A stretch of DNA of 63,821 nucleotides, filler included, from Chrysochromulina tobinii (taxonomy: Eukaryota), in the NCBI GenBank assembly GCA_001275005.1. It is 6 parts of 6 records of this genome, joined end to end, with 100 filler letters (N's around TTAATTAATTAA, not from the genome) between each part and the next. Parts side by side here need not be neighbours in the genome. Positions count along the whole stretch, not along the records: positions 18,088 to 29,279 come from JWZX01000562.1; positions 29,380 to 49,367 come from JWZX01000563.1; 4 more parts are not named here. One strand, 5' to 3'. This document shows, in pieces, positions 20,135 to 31,822 of the stretch (its first letter is position 1; every line of letters starts with the position of its first letter). Below the pieces are notes generated by a model that was not told where the DNA came from, made no database searches, and was given only the letters and a program-made list of their open reading frames with translations. The translations under genes were made by a program, and so were the position numbers.

Positions 20135-22776
20135 GCCCGCAGGGGTACGGCGCGGGCGGAAGCGTGCCGCCGCGGCACGACGAGTCGGATGGGTTTCGTC
20201 ACGACCAGTCGGATGGGTTTCGTCACGACGAGTCGAATGGGTTTCGTCACGACGAGTCGAATGGGATTCGTCACGACGAGTCGGGAGCGGCGGTTGGATG
20301 GGGTTCGTCAGCCGTTCTCGAGACGCTCGAGGGCTCCGACTCTCCCAAATATGGGTCGAATGGCTTCGTCAAGAACGGTCGTTCCACTGGTCGTCACGCG
20401 ACGTTCCATCCGCCACCGCCCCTTGCGCCTCTACCGCACTTCACCGCTCCTCAGCACCTTGGCGCCGCCGGCGACGGCGGCGGCGGCGGCGGCGGCAGCA
20501 TGATCGGTGGCGGGAGCGAAGGCAGCTCCCGCGAGCGCCGTCCTGGTCACCACCATCACCACCATCACCACCATCGGCACCACGAACACCGCGAGTCACG
20601 TCTCACACGTGAGGAGAAGGAGGCGCTCGCCTCCCTCCAGTGGACCCTCCACCGCGCCGCCTCGGGTTTCGTCATGGCGGAGCTCGAGCGCAATCTCGGC
20701 CATAATCTCGGCCATAATCTCGGCCATAATCTCGGCACGTCGGCCTCGATTCCCTTCTCTGGAGTCGACCTCGATGACGGCCGCTCGTCGCCACGTCATC
20801 GCTTCGATGATGACGGCCGCCATCGCTTCGATGGTGATGGCCGTTCGTCGCCGCGCTCCGAGAGCGCCTTCTCGTGCGCCTTCTCGGAAGGTTCCGCCTC
20901 CGCCTACTCGTACACCGGACGCTCCTTTACGGGCACCGACTCGTCGTACTCTCGCGCTGGCCTCATCAGCTCACCGCACGGCTCCGTCTCCGCGTACTCC
21001 GAGTCGCAGCGCTCGAACACGACGAACACGACGGCCACCACGGTGAGGGAGGCCCTCGCCTCCCTGAGTGCCTCCCTGAGTGCCTCTCTGATCACCTCTC
21101 TGAGTGCATGCTGATTGCCTCCCTCATCAGGCTCGCCTCCCTGATCACCTCCCTGAGTGCATGCTGATTGCCTCCCTCATCAGGTGAGGGAGGCCCTCGC
21201 CTCGCTCCGGCAGCTCGCCCAGCAACTCCCTCCCGGATTCGCCGAGTTCGGACTCATCGAGCAGCCGTTACGTCGCTCCGCCGCCGTCCCCGGCGTGAGC
21301 GGTGGCGCCACCCCCACCGGCGTCTCCGGCGTGAGCGGTGGCGCCACCCCCATCGGCGTGGGCGGCGGCGCCACCTTAGGCGGCACGCCATCGGGCGTCT
21401 CGCGCGGCGCGTCCCCTGCCCTCTCATTCACGCCGAGCCTCAGTGGGTCCGCCTCCCCCCCCGTCCTCATGCCCAGTACGGCGCGACGGTTCGACGCATC
21501 GCCGCCCTCAGAGGGCGCCGTCGCGGGCGCCGCCGCGGGCGCCGCCGCGAGCGCCACCGCATCCCCCTTCGCGTCGGGAACGGGCGCCGTCCCGGGCGCC
21601 GCGCCTCCGAGGGGCTCCCCCGAAGGCGCCGTCGTGGGCACTGGCGCCGCCCCGGGCGCCGCGCCTCCGAGGGGCTCCCCCGAAGGCGCCGTCGTGGGCA
21701 CTGGCGCCGTCCCGGGCGCCGCGCCTCCGAGGGGCTCCCCCGAAGGCGCCGTCGTGGGCGCGGGTGCCGTCGCGGGCGTCGTACCGGGCGCCGCTGCCCT
21801 CGCGCCGACGCCGAGCCCGGGCGCCGTGAAGGACGAGGCCGACGGTGCTCAACACGGCGCTCTGAGCGCGCGATACCACTCACCACCGGTGCTGCCCAAG
21901 ACGGCGCTGCCCAAGACGGCGCCGCATGGCGTCGACGGCGGTTACGGCGGCAGCGGCGGCAGCGGCGGCGGCGGTGGCTTCGGCGGCTTCGGCGGCAGCG
22001 GCGTCGATGGGGAGGCGACCGCCGCTGACGCCGCCGCGGGCGCCACCGCGGGCATCGCCGCGGGCATTGCCGGCGAGTCTGCCAGTAGGTCGGCTGGCTC
22101 GCAGTGCAGCGCTCGGTACAGCGCTCGGTGCAAGATGGCCCGAGCAGCGGCGGCTGCGAAGCTCTCCGAAGAAGCCGCCGCCGAGCTGGGCGCGAGCGCC
22201 GCACCGAGCGCCGGCGCCCCTACCTCTACACGGCCCGTGACCGAGGTACGCTCGCGCCCGCCACGCGGCCCTGCGGCACAGGTCGCGGCTGTCCAGTCCG
22301 CAGAGCTCGATGCGGCGCAGATCCTCTCGACCTTTCCCGCGCTCGCCGGCGCGGCTGCCGAGTTGGGCGTCGAGATGGGCGTCGCACCGCCGATGTTCAG
22401 CACGAAGCACAGCGCCCACAACAGCGCCCACAACAGCGCCCACAACAGCGCCCACAACAGCGCCCACAAGTCGGCGAGCGCCGAGCGGCTGCGGACCAGG
22501 CAAGCGCTCACAACAGCGCCCGCTCCAGGGGGCGAGATTCAGGGCGAGATTCAGGGCGAGATCCGCCGAGCGCTGTTTCCGGACCAGTCCTCTTACGCGG
22601 ACAAGGCCTCTTATGCGGACAAGTCCTCTTATGCGGACAAGTCCTCTCGCGAGGGGACCAAGGTGGAGCCAGCACTGGATCCAGATGCAGATGGCCTTTC
22701 GCCGAGCATCGGCCGCTCGCCGGCATGGGACACGCCGTGCACGCAGCAGGAACAGGACATCGAGCTGGAGGTGTGA
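18088..22776 (+). CDS. Hypothetical low-complexity single-pass membrane protein, 5'-partial; introns 18211 (or GC at 18220)-18501 and 21043-21183
   Basis: ORFs 18376..21114 and 21157..22776 are joined by a duplication-flanked intron. Hydrophobic WMLTLGGFVLLLIALCVLLVCC; many short in-frame tandem repeats. Confidence 0.6.
18211..18501 (+). other. Intron filled with CTGATTGCG(AT) and CGTCCCTCATCAC repeats
   Basis: CAG|GTGCTC...CCCTCCACAG|AGT joins WLTWTQ to SRVQLG in phase 0; the donor could instead be GC at 18220. Confidence 0.7.
21043..21183 (+). other. GT-AG intron (141 nt) with 20-nt target-site duplication and two tandem acceptor modules
   Basis: GTGAGGGAGGCCCTCGCCTC starts both the intron and the next exon; CTGATTGCCTCCCTCATCAG ends at 21130 and at 21183. 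Confidence 0.85.
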
Positions 22777-23460
22777 AGGACATCGAGCTGGAGGTGTGAA
22801 AGACGCGCGATGTTGCAGAGGCGGGGCAGTGAGAGCTGGTGGCCCCTTTCGTCCAGCGCCATCCTCATTCAGCCGGTACATGTTCATCGCATGTACACGG
22901 GGAGGTAAGCGAGAACTTTTCGTTTATCCGTTCCGTGCGCGCGTCGTGTACAGCGATCCAGCGATGCAACATGGGTACATGCATCGTTGGCAGTTATGAG
23001 ATGAGGTCCACGTTTTTTACAACTTATGATCTTACTACCGAGTACTACTTGCTACTGCCTCGATGCTAATTGTACCGCCCCGAGCGTTCGCCCGCGCGGC
23101 CGCGCGCCCGCCCCCGTTCTCGATCCGCACCGGCCGGGCCCGCCCCCCGCGCCCGGTCTGCATCCGCTCGGATGTAAAGTGTTCACGGCCGGGAGGAACA
23201 CCCTCTCACCGCACACTGACACCTCGCGCGGGTTCGCGGTGCGGTTGCGACCCGACGTCGGGTAGTAGGCGCGCATAAGGCGCGCACTACCAAAGTGCAC
23301 CTTCGAGACGTCTGTGGGCGGGATGGCGGCGGGCGCGCCCGGCGGGCGGCGGCGAGCCCGGCTCGCCGTCCACAAACGCGGTCGCCCCGCGACCCGATCA
23401 TCATTCGCATGGACTTTTTAGCGCCAAGCTTTCGTGCTGCTCGTCTGTTCGCGCACGGGC

Positions 23461-24222
23461 TCAGCGGCCAAACGAGAAGCTCGGCCCCGGGCGGCCGAAG
23501 ACGCCGCTCGCCGGCGGTCCGACTGCACGGACGCCACGGCTAGCTGGTCCAGCCTGCTGCTGCTGCTGCTGCTCGTACTGCAGCGCGCGCTGGAGAGAGT
23601 CGCTCAGCTGCTTCTGGCTGCGCAGCTTCTTCGAGGCCTCGAGCAGCGCGCGCTGGTGGTCTGACTCCTTGCGCTGCCGGTCGAGCTCCGCCTTGCCGAG
23701 CGCGTCACGCAGGCCCTTGAGCTTCTTCTCGTACTCGCCAGCGATGGCCTCGTGGTCGCGCGCCTGCTGCTGCGCGCGGCGCACCGCCGCGCGCTGCTCG
23801 TCGAGTGACGCGTGGAGCTCGGCGAGCTCGGCGCGCGCATCGCTGAGTGCCGTGAGCTGCTGCAACGCAGCCATGAGCTCGCCCTCCTTGAGCGCGAGGC
23901 GCTGCTCAAGCTCGATCATCGCCTCGCGCTGGCCACCGGCCTCGCCGGGAGCGCATGCGGCCTTCGCGCCCATGCCATCGTCTTCGACGTCGCACCGCAG
24001 TGCTGCCGCTCCCGCGTACTGCTCGATGGCCTCCGTGAGGGCTGCGATGATTTCTTGCGAGCGTGTCTCGGAGCGGCGAGCCTCGGCGAGCGCGGCCTGG
24101 TCGTACTGCAAAGCCTGTGCGTGCGCCTTGGCCTCGTGCTTGAGCTTCTCGTGCTCGGCCTTGAGGCGCTCGTTGGCGAGCAGCTGCTGCTGGAAGGAGA
24201 GGATGAGGCCCTGCCCTGACAT
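23461..24222 (-). CDS. Hypothetical coiled-coil protein
   Basis: 253-aa ORF, E/Q/A/L-rich heptad-like sequence, divergent from the SLC35A gene. Confidence 0.6.
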   Translation of the reverse strand: MSGQGLILSFQQQLLANERLKAEHEKLKHEAKAHAQALQYDQAALAEARRSETRSQEIIAALTEAIEQYAGAAALRCDVEDDGMGAKAACAPGEAGGQREAMIELEQRLALKEGELMAALQQLTALSDARAELAELHASLDEQRAAVRRAQQQARDHEAIAGEYEKKLKGLRDALGKAELDRQRKESDHQRALLEASKKLRSQKQLSDSLQRALQYEQQQQQQAGPASRGVRAVGPPASGVFGRPGPSFSFGR

Positions 24223-24379
24223 CGATCGGCCGCTCCGCGTCGAGCGCGCGCGCGCGGGGACGAGCGCCGATCTGCGTGCTTGCTTTCTTGTTGAGACGCA
24301 AGTTCAGGAGGACGTCCACAAACGGATGTCAGAAATTATCAACTTTCTAACGGTCCCGCGAAGCCGGCCGAGTTACGCC

Positions 24380-25680
24380 ATGGCGCGCAGCAGCGACGCG
24401 GAGAAGGCGCCTCTGATTGACGACGAGGACCTGGAGGCGCAGCCGGCTGGCAGGACGCTGCCGGAGCCCTCGCTCCTGCCACGCGTGTCGCGCCAGACGT
24501 GCATTTACATTGGCGTGTGCGCGCTGCTAGCGCTGCAAAACTCCTCCTACACGCTGCTGCGGAGGTATGGCCACGGCGTGCTCAAGGAGGCGGCGTCGTC
24601 GCAGTCCATCCTTGCCGTCGGCGAGATTATGAAGGCAGGGTTCTGCATGTACATGGTCCTGCGCTCCCGGCCGAGCCGCGAGTCCAGGGAGACGGGCGAG
24701 GACGAGACGCGCGGGGAGCCACCGACAAGCATCGGCGACGTTGCCAAGCGGCTGGCGTTCACGTCGGCGCCGATGGCCGTGCCCGCGTTCATCTTCCTCG
24801 CCATGAACCTGCTCTCCTTCGTCTCCCTTCATCGCATCTCCGCCTCCGCCTTCACACTCATCCAGCAGTCGAAGCTGATCGCGACGGCGGTGCTCTCGCG
24901 CGTGGTGCTCGGAAAGGAATTGAGCCAAGCGCGCTGGCGAGCGCTGTTCACGCTGTTGTGCGCGGTGCTCATCATCTGCTTCGAGACGCGGCCCTCCGCG
25001 AGGGAAGCCCAGAAGTGCACCGAGAGCCCCAGCAGCGGCGGCGGCGGAGTGGCCGCCTCCGCCCACGGTCGCGAGCTAGCGGCCAGCAGCAGCGGCGCCG
25101 CCGCCGCAGAGCAAGCGAGCGCGACGCTCCGCGCGGCAGAGTACGTGGTGGGGGTGAGCGCCGTCTCACTCGAGGCGATCCTGAGCGGCTTCTCCAATGT
25201 CTACTTTGAGCGTGTCCTCAAGTCCACCTCGCTCTCGCTCTGGGAACGCAACGTGCAGCTCGCCGGGTACTCGCTGTGCATCTACGTAAGCTGGACCCTT
25301 GAGGGCCTCTCGATGGACCCTTGATGGACCCTATTTTGATGGCCTCTTGATGGCCTCTTGATGGCCTCTTGATGGCCTCGGATGACCTCTGATTGCGCCT
25401 CCCTCATCAGGTGCCAATGGCCTTGATGGACCACGGCAGCCTTCTGTATGGCTGGTCGGGGCTCACGTGGGTCGTGGCCTTCTTGGGCGCGCTCGGGGGG
25501 ATCCTGATTGGTCTCGTCATCAGCTACATGGACTCGATCACTAAGAACCTCGCGCTCTCGGTCGCCATCATCCTCACAGCCTGCGTCGACTACCTGTGCT
25601 TCGACGGCCCGATGACGCTCAACATCATCGCCGCCGCAGCCGTCATCATTACCTCCATCCTCCAGTACAGTTCCGGCTAG
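24380..25680 (+). CDS. Nucleotide-sugar transporter, SLC35A (CMP-sialic acid/UDP-galactose) family; intron 25286-25410
   Basis: Motifs GEIMKAG, MAVPAFIFLAMNLL, FTLIQQSKLIATAVLS, LSGFSNVYFERVLK, SLWERNVQL, GGILIGLVISYMDSITKN. Confidence 0.92.
25286..25410 (+). other. GT-AG intron (125 nt) with (TGATGGCCTCT)n filler and the shared 3' module
   Basis: TAC|GTAAGC...CTGATTGCGCCTCCCTCATCAG|GTG; splicing gives CIYVPMALM. Confidence 0.9.
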
Positions 25681-26208
25681 AGCGCGAAAGAGACTTGTCT
25701 CTCGATGGCCGAGCTGCGCGCAGCTGCAACAGCTGGAGCAGCAGCATGCGGCAGCAGCAGCTAGCGTGGCAGACGGGAACCTCGGCGACGCGCTGCGTCC
25801 AACTTTAGTCCGACTTTCGGCGTTTCGCCCCACTCCCTATCCACCCCATACAAATTGTCTCGCAGCAATGCAGCATGTTGAGCTCTGAGCTGACTTAACT
25901 GCACAGCTCTGACGAACAACGCGAGGCAGCGGCGAATCAGTCTTTCGCGCGCCCACGCCGTACGCAGCATACTGTTCCTAAAATCAAATGACGATACAAT
26001 TGTATTGCCAATTGGGCAATTGCAGTTGGCATAACGCGTAAAGCGGCAAATCTCCCGTCCGTCAACAGCTCAACAACAGCCAATTCACAGCCAATGTTTA
26101 AAAGTCGACACCCAAGACACCGGACCGGCGTACATACGGATGCGGTTGACACTAGCACGGAGACCCTGGTCCCCCTATTATTCACAGTGGTCTCGCTCGC
26201 TATTTGCT

Positions 26209-29200
26209 ATGGACGACGACCCCGACGTCGTGGTGACCGATGCGGACATGGAAGACCCCGAATTGCTCGCCGAACTCTACGCTCTTACCGGCGGCCCGCC
26301 GCCGGCAAAGCCCAAGCCTCCTGCCGACCTTGCAGCACAGCGCGCAAACCTGCAAGACCGCATCGCCGCCAAGAAGAAGGAGGCGATCGCCTTGAAAGGT
26401 GACAAGGCTGCGTGCGTAGCTGCCATTCAAGAGTACAAGGCCATGGAGGCGGAGCTTGCCAAACTGCCACTTCCGCAGCAGCCCGTTGCTCCTCCGCCGG
26501 CCAATGCCAAAGGTCCCCCAACGGACGCAGATATCGACTCGGTCGACGTGACCGAAGAAGACATGAATGACCCGATTCTGCTCGCCGAGCTCGCCGGGCT
26601 CGGCCCGCCATCTGCCGCCTTAGAGGAGCTCACGACTCATCGATCCGCAGCGGCGGTGCCCACCCGCATCAATTCCGGTGATGCCCCTAAGTCTGAAGCA
26701 GTGAAAGACGCCCCAACTAGTCATCGCGGTCAGCATGGAGAATCTGCGATGGAGGAGCCCCGGCCAGCCAAGCTGTCCGACGACGAGCTGCTCGCGCGGT
26801 ACCCGGAAGAGGCCTCGATGATCGTCGTCTGCGGCGTGCCTCGGGAAGAGATCCTCGCGGGCCTACGCTCCCGCGCCTCGTTTGAACCGGACGATTCGTC
26901 AATTTCGTCAATTGCGACGGAGCCGGCGCACCGCTCGCAACAGGTGCCCACCGCAGCCATTCGCTCGACACGGCGCCCATCTGATGAGGGCGACGACCTC
27001 GCGCGCCTGATGGACGTCATGTCCGTCGACGGCGCCAAGCCCACCGCTGGCGCCGCGCCCAAGCCCCCGTCACAGCCGAGCGCCGTACCGAGCGCTGACT
27101 CCGATGAGACGAATGAAGAGATGAATGCGCTCCTCGCCGCCATGAGCACGGGGGCGCCCACGAGGTCGCGCGCGCCGAAGACGGGCGTCCAGGACGACGC
27201 GGCGTTCTCGCGGCTGGTGGCGTCCATGGACGCAAAGGCGAGCACCCCGCCCGCGCGCGACGCGGCTCATCTTCATGCGAATCTCGATCCGGAGATGGAG
27301 CAGCTGGTTGCATGCATGACCACGCCGTCGGGCATGACCACGCCGGCCGAGGCCGCCGCCGACAGCTGCACAGGTGATGATGAGCTCGAGAAATTGAAGG
27401 CAAGCATGGATGTGGACGACCCGCCACCGCCGCCAACGCCCGCCACCGCCGCTGCCGCCGTCGTGAGCGATCGCGCTGCCGCCACAGCCGCTGCGGCCGA
27501 CCTGCCAGCAAAGGTGGCGGTGGCAGCGGCGGCGGCTAGTCAGAAGCAGGCAGAGGAGGCGGCTGCAGCTGCGGCGGCCTCGGCCGACCTGCCAGCAAGA
27601 GTGGCGGCGCTCCGGGCAGAGGCTGCCCAACTCGTCCGACTGTCCAAGGAGTCAGGCGATGACACACTTAAGGCTCAGGCGGCGGCTAAGCTGCGGGAGA
27701 GCAAGCTTTTACAGGCGCAGATCGATCAACAAGGCGCCGGCGCAGGAGCAGGCGCTGTTGTGGGCGCTGGCTCGTCGACGGTGGCGGCTGCCCGACGTGG
27801 CGCCGAGCTGAGCACGCCACCCGGCACGGGCGCCGAGCTGAGCACGCCAACCGGCACGGGCGCCGAGCTGAGCACGCCACCCGGCACGGGCGCCGAGCTG
27901 AGCACGCCACCCGGCACGTACATCTCGCCGTCAGCGCCCGTGCCGGAGCACGCGCGCATGCTCGCGCATGGCACGCTGCACCTCTTCCTGAGCCACGCGA
28001 GGGACCTCAAGTCGGTGGACAGCAACGGCTTCTCGGACCCATACGTCAAGATCTCGCTCGCTGGCAAGGAGGAGGTCAAGTCCAAGGTCATCTACAAGAA
28101 TCTCAACCCACGATGGAGCGAGGTCTTCACGTTCACGGGTGTGCTCAAGGATCTGATCGCCGAGCCGCTGAGCCTGCGTTGTAAGGACAAGGACACGTTC
28201 ACGTCCGGCAAGCTGGGTGAAGCGAGCGTCGACTTGGGCGGCTTGGCGCGCACGCGCATGGTCGAGTTGCAGGCGCAGCTCTCGACCCAGGGCACCGTCT
28301 ACCTGCGCGCCTTTTGGCAAGCCGATGGCGACTCGACGCCGCCCGCCGACTTTACCGCCGACGTGCCGGCGATCATCGCAGCTGCGGCGGCTGCGGCCGA
28401 CCTGCCAGCAAGAGTGGCGGCGCTCCGGTCGGAGGCTGCCCAACTCGTCCGACTGTCCAAGGAGACAGGCGATGACACACTTAAGGCTCAGGCGGCGGCT
28501 AAGCTGCGGGAGAGCAAGCTTTTACAGGCGCAGATCGATCAACAAGGCGCCGGCGCAGGCGCAGGCTCGTCGACGGTGGCGGCTGCCCCGACAGCTCCCC
28601 GCGCGGCGCCCATCGCGGCTCCCCGCGCGGCGCCTGCTGCGGCCCCCGCTGCGGGAGCGGCTGCGGGCTCGGCCGCCGTGCCTTACCCGCATCTGCGCGC
28701 AGATGAGCTCGAGCTGACCTTGATGAGTGCCGCCATCGAGGACCGCTCGGCGCGCGAGATGTACTGTCGCTTCGACTGGGCGGAAAACCAGATCGGCGCC
28801 AATCCAACCACGGTCAAGACGGCATTAGTCAAGGGGGCGGGGTCGTACGAGTGGAAGGCCACCTTTAAGTTCAAGCTGCGCTCCGGCCTCTCCCAGAAGC
28901 ACTTTGAACGGAGCGGAGGCCAGCTGGAGCTCGTCGCGCTGAGCAAGAGCGGCTGGGGTCCCTGGGCTGAAGAGGTGGAGACCAAGGTCGCTGTGGGCGA
29001 TTTCCGGCTGAAGCCTCCAAAAGGGGACAACCAGCTGCTCAGTACGGCGCTGTGGAAGAGGGGGGTGACGCTCACGCGGCCGGGCGACGTGGCCGAGTTT
29101 GGCTCCTTCGCCATCCAAATGAAACTTCGCCAGCCTTTCACAGAGGGGGGCGACGTGGCGAGCGCGGCGCCCAACCCGCGCTCGGCGGCACCAACGGTCG

Positions 29201-29279
29201 CTGGGGCGGGAGCTGCCGCTGCAGCCGCCTTGGGGGGGGCGGGACGAATTCCGCGGCACCGGCAAAGCAAGTCGTCCAC
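26209..29279 (+). CDS. C2-domain protein with DM14-like helical repeats (CC2D1/Lgd-like); 3'-partial at the gap
   Basis: C2: GTLHLFLSHARDLKSVDSNGFSDPYVKI...SKVIYKNLNPRWSEVF. Acidic DPELLAEL motifs. DM14-like LQDRIAAKKKEAIALKGDKAACVAAIQEYKAMEAEL. Confidence 0.7.
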
Positions 29280-29955
29280 NNNNNNNNNNNNNNNNNNNNN
29301 NNNNNNNNNNNNNNNNNNNNNNNTTAATTAATTAANNNNNNNNNNNNNNNNNNNNNNNNNNNNNNNNNNNNNNNNNNNNAGGACGGTCCGGGACGAGCCA
29401 GCATGGGCCGGGACAGGCGCCATTCGGATTTTTGGTTAGTGTCGCTAACCCCACTTTCTCTCTGACAGTGTGTTCTTATTTATACGGACACATGAGAGAG
29501 GGTGCGGAGGCGCAGGATTCCTCATTAACATTATTATTTTGTCCTTAAAAATACACCGCGAATCCACATTCGTTTCGTCAAATTCCTCTGCTTTGCGAGC
29601 TTTGTGTGTGCTCGAAATCGTAAATGCCTAATCATTGTTTCGAGCCCTTTAATCGTAAATCGATGACCTGGTTCAGCCGAAATCTGGAGCGCGTCCGCCG
29701 GCGCACATTCGTATCGTCCAATTCTCTTCAATTCCTAGTTTATAGGATACCTATTTGGTCCCTGGTTGCAGAGAGAGGTGTCAGAGGTTTCACGATTCTT
29801 ATGTACAGACACGGCGGCGCTCGCACACTCACACGGGGTTCGATGAAACCGTCTACCCGCACGAGCCGTCCAATCGTCCGAGCCGCCAAGAAATGTACGG
29901 AGCTGGCGCCGGGCCAACCACGATCCAGTCCTAGTTTCTGGTAAGCACGATAGTC

Positions 29956-31188
29956 ATGGTGCAGGAGGGTGCTGGTATGCAAGTCGTCTCGTATACCGAG
30001 GCCCGTGTGCGGGAGTTGCTGCGACAATGTGCGCCTCCTCTCGATGCAGTGATTGAGCAGGCCAAACAAGACCTTGCCCAGGAGGAGGCCAGCGAGGCCC
30101 GTGCGAAGCTGGCACTCCTGAAACGGCGCAAGCTCAAGGGTCTTGGAGCGGTCGTCATGGTCCTCAATAGAACAGGACCACTCGGTGGCGACGGCGGAAG
30201 AGCCGCAGAGTCCGGCTCGTCCGAAAGCGATAGCCAGGGCAACGTGCGCGAACGGAAGACCTCGACGGAGGGCAAGGCTGATGGCACCTTTGCGTTTGCG
30301 GTGAAAACGTTCATGGGCGGCCGGGCGGATGGGAGCCGCGCGTTCCCTCACAAGCACGGCGACAACAATATCTTGCGGGCGCTCGGTGAACGAGTTACCA
30401 AGAAGAACATCCAACACCTGTTGCGCGATGCGCAGCTGCGCAAGTTCGACGACGACGTTGAGCGCATGGAGAATTGCGAGAAAACTCTCAACAACAACTT
30501 GCTCACGCAGGCCGACGGCGAAAAGCTCAAGTTTGGACGCCTCGACACAGCGTGGGACCACAGGCTGCAATACGCGGCGAAGATGTATAAGCGCGGGCAG
30601 ATTGCGACGTGGAATTGGCGCAAGGGCCACTACGTCCTGTGCGAGGGCATCCTGCACGAATTTACGGACTCGTCGCTCATTGCACCCTTGCTCGGAGCGT
30701 GGCCTGTCCTAGGCGCTACGCTGCGCCAATCGGTTGTGAGCAAGACAATCTTTGATAGAGGCATGGAAGACAAGCCGTTCAAGTACTGCTTTGAACTGAC
30801 TGTCCATGAGTTCTTCGTCTCCGACTCGATCCTTGCCACCATCGAGTTCGCGTGCGACTCGGCCGAGGAACTCTCGCGATGGATGATGGCCATCGAGAGC
30901 GCCTCGCTCGCGGTCTCGAAGGACTTCAAGCAGACACACGATCGGGAAGCCCAGACTGGGTCGCACACTTGGCAAGAGTCGCGCGCACACGAGCAGCATT
31001 CCCCGAATAAGACACCGCGTAGCGGCAGGGGGACAAAAGTGAAGCGTCGACTTGCAGGCAGCCAGCTCGTTATTTCGCCGCTACAGGACACGCGCGTAGC
31101 CCCCCGCAGAGACGATCGACCGCTGGGACGGAGCGTCTCGAGGGGATCGGATACAAAAGTTTCTCGCCGACGGATCCAGCAGTTGTAG
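29956..31188 (+). CDS. PH-domain-containing protein
   Basis: KMYKRGQIATWNWRKGHYVL...KYCFEL...EFACDSAEELSRWMMAIESA matches the PH-domain pattern. Confidence 0.75.
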   Translation: MVQEGAGMQVVSYTEARVRELLRQCAPPLDAVIEQAKQDLAQEEASEARAKLALLKRRKLKGLGAVVMVLNRTGPLGGDGGRAAESGSSESDSQGNVRERKTSTEGKADGTFAFAVKTFMGGRADGSRAFPHKHGDNNILRALGERVTKKNIQHLLRDAQLRKFDDDVERMENCEKTLNNNLLTQADGEKLKFGRLDTAWDHRLQYAAKMYKRGQIATWNWRKGHYVLCEGILHEFTDSSLIAPLLGAWPVLGATLRQSVVSKTIFDRGMEDKPFKYCFELTVHEFFVSDSILATIEFACDSAEELSRWMMAIESASLAVSKDFKQTHDREAQTGSHTWQESRAHEQHSPNKTPRSGRGTKVKRRLAGSQLVISPLQDTRVAPRRDDRPLGRSVSRGSDTKVSRRRIQQL

Positions 31189-31822
31189 CTGGGCGTGGAC
31201 GGCACGATGCAGAACGATTCAAGATACTGGACAAGGTGAAAGCGGACACAAGGATTCGGATTTTCCAAGAAACCGCGACTCTACATATGTACACATTAAT
31301 GTTATCAATACTATTCCCAAAGCGGATATGATAACCTTCTTGTTGTTATCACACGCCTAGCCCCGTCGAGACTTCCGCCCGTACCTTGTACGCCGGCACT
31401 CGGTGTCGGGTGTGTGCACCGATGTACACATTCTCGATACACATTCACACCTTGAATTCACACCATGTGGCGGTATGGAAGGGCGACATGCCCATGGTGA
31501 GCTTGAAGCTCATGGCGGGTGGGGCGAGAAGTACGGTTGTTGTGTCCTGCCTGACGGCCGCAGCCGCGCGATGGTGGGGGAGAGGCGGGGAGAGCGCCCC
31601 GCCCGTGGTCTAAGTAAAAAGAGACCCGGCCACCGTGTTTTTGAACCGTCACTTGTGCGAGTCTCTCTTCCTCCCCTAGCTCGAAGACCTTTTCGTTTCC
31701 CCACACGAGATGCCGCGAGCTGCGCCCCTTGATGAGGGATGTAATTGCGCCTGCCACCTTCTCGCACCCTCAGTCTTGGTTGTACCTCCAGGGTTGGGCA
31801 CCCGTGTGGTGTCGAAGCGTCG

